Under the pieces are notes generated by a model, which was given only the letters and a program-made list of their open reading frames with translations, was not told where the DNA came from and ran no database searches. Shown here piece by piece: positions 53,130-64,000 of a stretch of 64,000 nucleotides of DNA. Location of the stretch: positions 20,646,001-20,710,000 of the forward strand of contig OX597843.1 in NCBI GenBank assembly GCA_951406725.2, written 5' to 3'. The position numbers and the translations under genes are program-made. The DNA comes from Octopus vulgaris. Taxonomy: Eukaryota. Numbering within the stretch: position 1 is the stretch's first letter; the number at the start of each line of letters is the position of its first letter.

Positions 53130-55840
53130 AGAGAATTTATTTGAATATATATATGTCTTGCAAACAACTTGCACATGCTCGTGCTACCAGTTGAAAGCTC
53201 CGTATACCGGAAGCTAGCAAGTGTATGGGTCATCAGGAGAGAATGCGCGCCGTTTCGGGGCCTACCTCTCGACGGCATCAATTCGCACCGGCCCCCCTCA
53301 CTGATATGAGGCCCCGCTTGCTAGATCAGCTGGTTATGAAGTTAAACTCAATATACTTCTAGCCATCGCTCATCGTCTCTTGTTAACCAAATCCAGTGGC
53401 TAGCCTTCTCCACTGTAGATTGGATATCAGTCATAGTGGTATTGACTTTACGATGAGTTAGGCCTAGCGATAACAACAGTCGTCTCACGCTGTATCCAAT
53501 AAACCCTCTACATCCGACTTCGATAGGAAAATGTTCCGCTTTCCACCCTGCGTCTTCACATTCCTCGAGGAGGTTTTCATAACGGCTCAATTTTCGAGCC
53601 CGAGCGGCGTTCATATTATCTTCATGAGGAACCGTTAGCTCGACTATATTTACAACTTTCTTTCTTTCACACCACATCAAAATATATGTTTTTTTCGAAA
53701 CTGGGATGGAAAAGAAAACCTGGCACCCAGGTAAATCTGCAGTTACCTCCCAATAGCCGTTCCACTTTTCATTTTTCTCAGGAAGTTTCTTGACCATACT
53801 TCTTGAAACGGATCCGCTGACCTGGTCGCACGAAGGTAATGAAATCTCTTGATGGTACTTTCAACGGTTTTTCCTCAGTGTTGTTGAGATGAATTTCGTT
53901 CTTTATAGCATTGAAGATAACCTTAAGGACCAAGTTGTGCCTCCATGTATACCTGTTCAATGCTAATGAACAGTTGGAAAGAATATGTTTTAGTGTACCG
54001 ACCTTTCCACATTCTCTAAGACGTTCCATCTTACTAGATTCGTAGGTGATGGCAAAACATCATAAGATGAACGAATCAGGAAACTCAGCCGAGATGTCGT
54101 CCACTTTCACATCTCATCCCAACTTATCTTCCTCTCAACAACATGTTCTTCCCATCTCGTCATCTGACCTTGATGAACACATCGGATCAAATGAAGATCT
54201 CTTCTCTCTGCTTCTCTTGTTTTGACGCTGTTGCTAACAACAGATCTGCGTTCACTCCTCATCATGGTGGCAAACGGTCTGAATTGATCTGCGCCAAAGC
54301 CAAGTCCTTTCCGATGATTCTGCGTTGTTCCCACCATATCTCTGTGTATAAGAGAAGACAAAATGTCGTCAGTTTCTGCTTCTACTTTTCACTTCCTGGC
54401 TGTGTTCATCTCTGGTGGGTTACGCCTGATTTCCATATCCTTCGATTCTCTCAGCATCATGACCGTCCGTATCTTCCCCAGCTTATATAGTTCGAATATT
54501 GATGCTATTGGTAGCTGCAACGAACCTCTTTTATGATAAAGAGCTGAGTTGTTCAACATACGAGGCAGGCCTAGCCACTTTCTAATGAACACATTACATT
54601 TTTTTTCAATGCTTTCAACTCGTGACAATGCTACTTCGTATATTAAAAGTTGCCACGCAAGTCGCGGGTACAAGCCGAACTGCAAGCACCAAATTTTATA
54701 TTTACCTGGTAACTTCGAATTATCAATCGCTGATAACCCAGCCTCGGCCTGTTTCATAATTTCAATCCCATGACTTCTGTCTGACAATGTTCCAGCGTAT
54801 ACTCGTCCCAAGCTCTTGACGGGCTCTTCCTTGACTGTTGGAATGCTTTCTTCAGATATCTGGAACTTAAATTCTTTCTGCACTCCCTTAACAAATGTCA
54901 GACTACGCGACTTTTTTGCTCTAAATCGCGTCCTTGACCACCTTACAAGTTCGTCTAATCTCAAGAGAGCATTCTGCATGATTTGTTTATCTGTAGCTAG
55001 AAATGACACGTCATCCATGAAGGCTTTCTTAGGCGATTGCACATGGGCGATTTGTGCCGGAAAATCTACACCTTTTAAAATCAACTCCATGACCAAGAAA
55101 AACCATGTGACAGATATTGTACAGCCAGCAGCAATGCCAACCTCGAAACTGTCATAGTACATCCTCATTATTTTGATCACTTTGTCAGGAATATGAAAGT
55201 GGTCCATGGCTGTTATTAGTAATTCGTGTGGCCCTGAACCATAAGCGTTAGCTAGGTCGAGCCTTACCACGTTCAGACTTTTCTTGTTCTGTTTGGCGTC
55301 CTGGATCGCTTTCCAAATCGAAAAACAGTGTTCAACGCATCCAGGGATCCCGGGGTTTCCGGCCTTTTGAACAGATTCACAGATTTACTCAGATTCACAG
55401 ATTTACTCTGTAAATATGTCACTGTTCTCCTCGACGGAATTCCCATAAAAATCTTGTCTTCCACATTCAATAAGGATATCGGCCTTAACTGTTTTATGGT
55501 CTTTGCAATGGCCTCTTTCGGCAGGTATATTACACCAATCCTCTGCCTTACACCAATCCTCTACTATAGTCTCCTTGCGCCACGGTTTTCGGAGTAGAAC
55601 GAAGAGTTTCTTTCGCAGACGATTGCAGTACTTGTAGGCTTTATATGAGACGCCATCACCTCCTGCGGCACACTTTGCTCTAGCTTTTCTTACGAAGTCA
55701 TTCACCTCTCTCCCTGATGTCCCCAATCTGGAATTCGATACCAGGTCCTGAGAGATGATTTAGCCCATGTAGAGGTGGCAGCGGCTGGTTACGGTGCGGA
55801 TCGTTGTAGGTTTCCTTGATATGAGCATCCAATTCTTCTT
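53130..55840 (-). mobile_element. HERO-clade RLE non-LTR retrotransposon, 5'-truncated and frameshifted
   Basis: RT motifs LDLANAYGSGPH, GCTIS, AFMDD and LPGKYKIWCLQFGLYPRL. CCHC and RHN motif CGKVGTLKHILSNC..YTWRHN. RLE motifs ELTVPHE..RKLSRY..EVGCRGF, stop at 53348. The 3'UTR end is uncertain (AATAAA near 53140 or 53040). Confidence 0.88.
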
Positions 55841-57519
55841 TATATATACATGTACTTACACACACACACCCTAACATATACATATATAAATGTTTATAAC
55901 AAATAACATTTTAATGAGTATATCTTCAATTAATAAGTATATATGTAGAGAGAGAGAGAGAGTGAGAGAGAAAGCGAAAGAGAGAAAGAAAGAAAGATAG
56001 AATGAAAGAAAGAAAGAGTGAGAGAGAGACAGAGAGAATTAACAATTTGAATATACAAACTCAATCCCATTATTATCATTATTAGACTGTATATCTAGGT
56101 TGCCAAAAAATAAACTGTTACATCGGTTGGGACCTAAAGGACATTCAGCGTAAACCTACCATCTGAAGGATCCAGCCTTGCCATTCGCTATCTGCTTTGA
56201 TATTATATCCCTTCTCTTACATATATATATTAATAGTAGCGGTATACCAACAAAAGAATGAATAGGACCTCAGTATTATGTAAATAGAGGAATTTATCTG
56301 TGACATGTGAAACCCCATACGTCAAAATCTGTAATTCGGTTTTGGAATGCATATGGAATATATATAGGATAGGCTTCTTTCAAACTGAAAGTATTATCTC
56401 GCATTACAATACAGACGTAATACTGAAATAGTGTAAGAGATAAAAGATTGCTCTGGGCTCGCATTAGGCAAGAAGTTGGAAATTTTTTTGGCCCATGACA
56501 CTGCATGGACCTTGGCTTTTCTATTTGACATCTGTTGCTTTAAGTATTTTATTTCGATTTTATGTATATATGTATGTATATATTTATGTTTGAGCCAATG
56601 AAGCAGACCTCTACAATTTACCTAGGGGAAATAGCAGCCAAATCTCCCTCAAAAACCCTACCCATTATGTAGTTTGAATGAGAAACTGTAACTAAAGGTT
56701 AAGGTTATTAACCCCAAAATGTTAGCTGTTTTAATAGCAATTGATCTTTTCTCTTTTTTGCGTAGTTTTTCATGCCATGTGCAAAAGTGAAGAGGGTTAA
56801 CTTGGACGGTGTAAAGTAGTGGTGATGTTTCTTTATTGTATGTGGTGGTTACTTTTGTCCGTTTCTTCTCCATAAGGATAAATGATTGAAAACGAATCTT
56901 AACACAATATATATACAACTTCAAGTGGAATCGGACATCATAAGAGAGACAGAGAGAGGAATGACGAGAGACAGCATAGCGATGGTTTTGGCTGACTGTC
57001 ATCATGTACGCCACTTGTTGCTAGCTAAATGGTATGTGCTGGCTCTCTGAACAAGTTCGTTGCTTTTAATGGCGGAAAAACAGGACGAAAAGATTACAAA
57101 AATAGCGATTCTTATTTTGAAACCAGCAATTTTCAAAATCTTTTTAGATTACAGAACGCCCTGCTCTCTCATGTGCCCATGTTTAAAATTACAGTGCGAT
57201 CGGATACAAAATACTTGAGTTATAAGCGCACAAACAGACAGGACCGATTTGATGTATTAGATATATATACATATATATTGTCAAGGGATGGTAGGGGTCA
57301 AACACAAGCTCAAAGGTGGTGGTCTGTTTGCGTCTCTGCAAATTAACGCTTCAGCAAAAGGGACTGATAGAATAAGTAGTAAACTTTATAAAAATAAGTA
57401 ATGAGTTCGATTTGTTCGAGTAATACTTTTTAATGTGATACTCCAGTATGGTCGCCGTATACTGGCTAGTACAGGGAAGAGATAAAAGGTAGGTTCATCC
57501 GTACATACATATATATACA

Positions 57520-58050
57520 TGGTCCAAAAACCGGATTACTATCTCCTAATTTGAAGGGTATCCGTTTGCAATCCAGGAACAGGAAATATCAAACAAATAC
57601 CTGATGCACAAAAGGGACAAAGAGGCAGGCAAAACAGTAAAGCGTGACAGCCGATGCAGATTACGTGGCGGTAACACTGAAGATATCACCCATATTACAA
57701 GCAGTTGTCCGAAAATGTCATCTTGATTTTATCTACCGATGTGACATGATGTAGCTAGGACACTGTATAATGAAATCCGTCGGAAGGATAATTCCAAAGA
57801 TAAAGAAATAAAATCCCACAATATGGTGCAAGCTAAAACTGCTACCAATAAAATGGAGTGCTGCCGGAATGTCCCAGGGGAAATCCCAATGTAATGTAAA
57901 CATAATAGACCTGACATGGTGATTTGGGATTGAGGAGAGAAACTGTGTACACTTGTGGAAATCAGCTGCCCAGTGGATGTTAACATGAAGCTAAAGATCA
58001 ACGAAACAGAAAATACCTTCGTTGAAATATTGAGTAATCTGCAGGTATTC
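57520..58050 (+). mobile_element. R4/Dong-like RLE retrotransposon C-terminal fragment
   Basis: AIQEQEISNKYL..CRL..EDITHITSSCP..HDVA..HNRPDMVIWD..VEISCP, with stops. Confidence 0.8.
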
Positions 58051-58337
58051 TTCATTTCATCTTCATCCTATTGTTCTCCTCCTCTTCTTTTTCATCTGAA
58101 TTGTTAGAATATTCAGTGATAATATCAATATCAACATTCTCATCCGCTGTCTCGTCATATTCATCCTCATCATCATAACAACCTTCAACACCGTATTTAT
58201 GATCAACATTATCGCTGTCATCATCATCATCATCATCACGATCATAATATTGATTGTCATAATTGTCTCACCCTTCTCTCTCATTGTCCTCTTTTCTCAC
58301 TTCATCTGATTCTTAATACTCAGCATTTATTATTTCG

Positions 58338-61272
58338 GTAGCGGGATCCATGAATATTCCACGGAATTAATAATAAAACTTTTCGGTGACTCCTGAAAAA
58401 TTTATCCAAAAAATCTGAAAGCGTAGACTGTGTTGTGTGTGTATGAAAAGAATGTTTCTCATCTGCTATTCAATGAAAATTGAAGGAAACTGAAATACGA
58501 TGATTACTTAATGCACTTTATATATGTACTTTATATACTTCATGTACGATTTTATAGACTTAATACACAGCAATCATAAAATAAATATTTAATATTTTTT
58601 CCATTTACCCCATAGAGAGAAAAAAATTGCATTTTAAATTTCACATGGCCACAAATTCATATCAAGAAAACAAAAATATTATAGTAAAAAAATTATTTTA
58701 TAGGTAAAAGATAGGGTTGAAAATTTAATACAACATGGCATCGTCTGAAAGCCACATCGTTGGTAGTTCATAAGAAAGGCGGTGCATCAGAGATTATATA
58801 TATTTCAATTTGCGTACACCTTTCAATCCAATACTTCGTTACAGATTGTGTTGTTCGCGTAACCTCTCGCTCTTCTTTTCCCTTGTTTGTCAGTGTTGAT
58901 AACTTTAACTTTAATATCAGATAATGTTTGTGAGCCCTTGGGAAACGACATATAGCTGAACATTAATACGCAGTTCAGGAGAGAATAGATCCAGTTTATC
59001 AAATGTCTGCCCATGTGATTTATTGATAGTCATTGCAATTGTCAAGCGAACGGGGTTTGGTATCTCAGTGCCAGCCTTATTCTGTGAATGAGAATACCTC
59101 CCCCGATCAATGTGCCACTTATTATTGAGGCTTCAATCGAGTTTTGATTGAGGGCCTCCACTTCCAGTCATGTTCCGTTATAGAGACCATTTTCAATTGA
59201 AATATTCCTCAGGGGCATGATTATGGAGTCAGGTTTCAAATGCAATCTAGGAGGTGGCATTCCAGATGGTATCCATGAAATCAGAAATTCCAGTGGATAT
59301 CACTCAGCTTCAGCAGGTCATCTGTGAAGACGTTATCCATGCTGTATTAAAAACACTGGTCACCTTGGAGTTTATCCATAACCCCTTCGTTTATCTTTAA
59401 GCAGTCTGAACTTTTTGGTGAGTGGATCGCTCTACTTGTTCTTTTTTCTTGAGGGGCATTGCCAAAAAGCATCATTTATCAGCGACCCATTAAAGCATGA
59501 ATCACGTAGCACGTTTACATCATCACTGACTCACTTGGATCTTGCAAAAGAGCAGTGGTGCCATTGTCAAAGTGTAGTGGCCATGTTGCAAATTCTCTTC
59601 GATCTGTTATTGCTCTATTTTGGCTCAACATATAAATGTCTGAAGTGTAGCCAGAGAATAGAGTTCTTAATGGAGATCTGAATTACTGCCTCACGAGTTC
59701 CTCTTGGCAATATTGGCAGAACCTGCCTGAAGTCTCTACCAATGAGCACAACTTTTCAACCGAAACCATTGTTGCCAGTGATTTCTTTCAGAGCTTTGTC
59801 ATTAGCATGAAAAGCATAAAGAGGGATCATGGAAGCTTCATCTATAATGATGAAATACAAATTTCTCAAATAATTTCTGGTCAGAGATGGGTGGTACACT
59901 GCAAAAGCTACTTTCCAACAGAGGAACGGGCAATTTGCGCAAACTGTGCACCGTCCCTCCACCAGACATCAATGTTGAAGCTATGCCTCTGCACGCACCA
60001 TTTGATAGTTTCTCCTTCGTAGATGTGAGATCAGCGTATTAAATATGTAATTCTTGTCCCAACCTCCAGGAACCTCTGCATAGAAGCAGGAACATTCCAG
60101 CACCTCACCTCACCTTTTCTTATCAACTGTCTTCAATGAATGCATCAGCGATCACTCTCTGCTCATCGGTAACGGTTGCAATGCCGGGGTGGTTCATGTC
60201 ATGTTTATGCCCTACCCGTAACACTCGAACTGGTTCAGACAAGCCAATATTAAGGCAGCTAATGCCATTTTCAATTTGCATAGAATTTATAGAGTGTAGA
60301 GTATGCATTCAAACCTCGCTGAGCATAATCTACCATCATGGTATTCTTGTGAGTGTTCCTCAGGCGAAGGACATTTGAATGATTTGAATAGGTGCAAAGG
60401 ACAACAAACGTGATACGCGGCCGAAATGCCATCTGATATGCAGCACCTTTAGTATGGCATGTTCCAACATCACATAATTTTGGAGGAGACCAACTCATAT
60501 GTACGCATCTTTAAATCTTGCATAGATTTCACCTCCTACAGTGTTCACTTCTTCAAAGCTCCTCTCTGCATGTAGTCCATAAGTCCACTGTACTGCTCTA
60601 CGAGCAACTGGGCCTGATGGTCCCCTAGGTACTGCAATCAGCAACCCTAAATTACATCGTGAGTCGTCTGCCAGCGGATGTTCTGCGTTTCGCCACATAT
60701 AGAATCCCACAGTGCCATCCGGACTTTCCATGAGGTAATAGAAGTGGATAACTCATTGGGACTAGATGGCACTATGTCTGCGAGATTCGCTCTGCATGTG
60801 TATTCCATGGATAGACAAGAATGTCTCTATTTTCACGGTGCAGCTATTTCATGGCTTGTGGAAAAATTGTAACCCCTTATATAATCCCTTCTTCTGAAGT
60901 GTAGTTCACACTTTTGCAATTGTACATTTACACTCCTGGTACTTTCATTATAATATATATATATATATCATCATCACCATCATCATTATCATGTGACCGA
61001 CCAGACCATCAGATGTTGCTACACATCGCTGGTCACAATGTGTTCGCATTGTTTTAGCCTTCAAATGACGCCACCCCGCTGGCTAAGCGAGCAGGTCAAC
61101 AGACGAAAGAGTGGGAGAAAGAGTGGTGAAAGAGTACAGCAGGGATCACCACCCCCTGCCGGAGCCTCGTGGTGCTTTTAGGTGTTTTCGCTCAATATAC
61201 ACTCACAAGGAATCGAAACCGTGACCCTGCGACCGCAAGTCCGCTGCCCTAACCACTAGGCCATTGCACCTC

Positions 61273-61339
<67 letters not shown>

Positions 61340-61500
61340 TTGTAAAATATATATACGCCGTACCTATGGCACTGTATATAAGTGTGAATATTTCATGGAA
61401 TTGCATTTCTGAGCATGCGTTATGTGATAGGGGATTTGAAATACTAACTACCACCACACCCACAACCACTACCACCATTTCTCTTAGCCTCCCTTTTTAT
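58338..61500 (-). mobile_element. Helitron family A copy (duplicate of 1-2790) including the helicase C-terminus and a candidate 3' end
   Basis: 59003 onward is colinear with position 1 onward. GQTFDK..QLYV..NTICNEVLD* at 58823. Hairpin TCCGTGGAATATTCATGGA followed by CTAC (decayed CTAG) at ~58338-58365. Confidence 0.88.
60990..61277 (-). mobile_element. tRNA-derived SINE inserted into a (TA)n tract
   Basis: Head GTGGAGGTGCAATGGCCTAGTGGTTAGGGC..GGTTTCGATTCC (A and B boxes) and an (ATG)n-like tail. Absent from the paralogous site at ~2620-2640. Confidence 0.8.
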
Positions 61501-61509
61501 CTCTTAATT

Positions 61510-63375
61510 TCTTACACATTATAACACTGAGGCTTTTCAACCTCTTGTCAATCCTCTTCATCGCTTGAGTACGTGTACTCCAGCATCGCCCATGCTACAT
61601 TTAAAATCAATTTATGCTCCGAGTTGGCGTCACCCGGTCACGTGCGATATTCCTCTTTTAGTCCCCACACCCTATGAAATATGCACAACGTTATGAACTC
61701 CACAGCCATCTGCGGAGGCCATTCGGGTTACCGTGCGAAGGCCAAAGGTACTCCGTTGTAGTGTTCTACCACCACCTTTTCCACCACTCCCCCTCTATAA
61801 CAGAAGAACAGCAGTTCTTCCTCCTGCGGGTCCGAGGTAGTCAATCCTACCATTGGCGGAAAAATTCTTACCAAGTGTGTCTACCCACGCCGCCCCGCCA
61901 GTGGCACGACCCCCACCGATGAGGCTCCATGTCTCCGACTATCGGCAATATCCCGTTTCTCCTTTATCCTCTTTTTGCTTCTTGACTGGGGGAGGGTGCA
62001 TCTCGTCCGTGATCGGAACATGTTCCTCCCCTCCCGCACTCCCAGAATCCTTCGGTGAGCACCCATTATTACTCACCTTCTTCCTTTTGCGGCTCTTCTT
62101 TGAGGCATCCTCTGTCTCATAAGCCGCCTGCATTCCTTCTTCTACAGAGGTCTCCGTCAACAGCTCCAGGACTTAGCTTTGCAGTTGAGGACAGTTATTT
62201 TTTATATGGCCAGGCTCCAGGCATCGATAACACTTGGAGGGGGCTCCCTCAAGCATCACCGGATACTTGGACCAGCCGATTCTCAAAAAGTCTGGACATA
62301 CAAGACTTTCGGCTGACTTGGTCCAGAGGGTCAAAACAGCTTTTGACCCCTCCCAGTAAGCCGCAGGCAGAATATTTACATTGAAGAGCTTGGTGCTACT
62401 GCCACCCAGACCCCGGCGGATAGTATCTCCTATCCACTCGGGCTCAGCACCGAGTGGAAAGCCGCAAACCCAAGCCCTCGTCAAATTCTTCCCACAATAA
62501 GTGGGAAGAAACAAAATTTCATTGCCTTCCTGGAGCTGGCACGCAAAATCACAATCCACTTCTGGGATGTAAAATAGTACCACACGGTTGCATATTTGAC
62601 CCTCCGAGTGATAAACTTAATAGCTGGCTTAAATTCTGCCATCTCTCTTTCGTTAATATTTTTTGAAAACGGCAATGGCGTCGAGGATCCTAGAGTAGGT
62701 CCTCAAAACCACCGTCTTACTTTCAAGTTCTTTTAATCATCTTTTGGGTGGTATAAATTCCCACTCCACCAACATTCCATTGTTCTTTCCCATGTTTCTT
62801 TTAATAAAAGTTAAAAAAAAACACCTCATAAAATACAAAATAATTAAGGAAAAAGAAGGAAGTGAAAATAGTCTAAACAAAATGGAAGGAGAAAAAATTA
62901 ACAGTTCAATAAAGAGTCTTTTTTAAATAAAAGAGGGGTGAAAACAGAGCAGCAGTTCAAAACACAGCAAAGGACACTCGGTACTCCAGGCCAAAATTTT
63001 AACGCAAATCATTCCAATTTTCTTCTCATAGGTAATCCTTAACAGGAACAATATTGTTGAAATCTTTTCTAAAAATTCCCAGAGTTATTCCTGGACAAAC
63101 ACGATTCTCAAACAAAATTTTGCGGCAGGATACGCCCACAAAAACAATAATTTTCACGGTTAAGTGAAAAAATATTCGCTCAGCTACAGGTAGACTAGAA
63201 TCCAGTGAGGACTTCTTGTTTGCAAATAATAATTGCGGTAGACAACAGGTCCCCACTAGACCCACAAAAATTCTTACCTTACAGCTGAGTTTCAAATATC
63301 TTCAATTTAAGACTGCTTCAAAAACACGTCTTTATAGTTTCAGTATCAAACACAACTCTGATTCGCACATGCTCA
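61510..63375 (-). mobile_element. ORF1-only Tx1-like retroelement (duplicate of 14170-15990)
   Basis: KYPVMLEGAPSKCYRCLEPGHIKNNCP. Colinear with 14170-15990 and shares the same downstream flank. Confidence 0.78.
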
Positions 63376-64000
63376 ATGAGGTAAGCGAGCTATTTACCAC
63401 AGAGCCACTCCTGCACTCGCTCTGGTGAAGATTTTCAATTTTTTTTTCACCGCAACGCTTGAAATGATGGCAGGAAGGTCTTTAAAAATTGTTTGAATGT
63501 GTTTTCATTTTTTTCAAATCCCCAATCCCAAGCGGTACCGATTTTGGCCAATGCTTTTTAACGAGGCATTAACAAAAGTTTTAACAGAAAAATTTTGGAA
63601 ATCGGTGATCACCATTGTGATCCACACATTTTTTCAAACAAAATGTGAAACCTAATTTGAAAACAATGGCGACATTTTAAAATTTTGTTCATTAACCTCG
63701 CATATTCCCAAAACGATGTTATTTTCCCAGCAGCTTTTGCATTTTTTGTCCAATTTTAATGAAAATCGATGAGTGAGCAAGGTTCATGGCAGTGAGTTGA
63801 TTTCAGTATATGACGTTGAGAAAAAAATGGTAATTGGGCCGGAGCAGTGGTTTTATAAAATCAATAGACGTTTTGCGTGCAAATACCCATAGGGGATTTA
63901 TTTTTGGCCGTAAATTTCATATTTTTCATCCGATTTTAATGAAATATGAAGTGTAGATAAATGTGCATACAGACATTATTAACGATTTTGTAGAAATTTT

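Noticed and set aside
61205-61277. tRNA gene
   Set aside because: It has A and B boxes but no complete cloverleaf, and continues into a SINE body and tail.

Overview
AT-rich, microsatellite-dense animal genomic DNA. The SINE families and TE landscape point to an octopus or other cephalopod (inference). Most of the window is nested, decayed transposons: several co-oriented Helitrons (minus strand), a near full-length Tx1/L1-group LINE with a 21-bp TSD, three ORF1-only Tx1-like elements, Penelope-like elements (PLEs) and pLTR scraps, a Mag-type Gypsy inserted into a Helitron, HERO and R4/Dong RLE retrotransposons, Tc1/mariner relics and tRNA-derived SINEs. Part of the window is locally duplicated (1-2790 and 14166-16640 recur at 59003-64000). 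Host content missed by the ORF track is a set of plus-strand spliced exons of a leucine-rich-repeat gene (72-bp LRR exons plus an LRR-CT exon), probably pseudogenised. The top leads are: (1) a complete hammerhead core in a non-canonical, pseudoknotted strand order in the HERO 3' UTR (53222-53297); (2) a 480-bp tandem and inverted non-coding repeat with a type I hammerhead, resembling a retrozyme or pLTR (39491-40790); (3) the LRR exon cassettes. All calls were made by eye with no searches run, and TE boundaries are approximate unless termini are stated.
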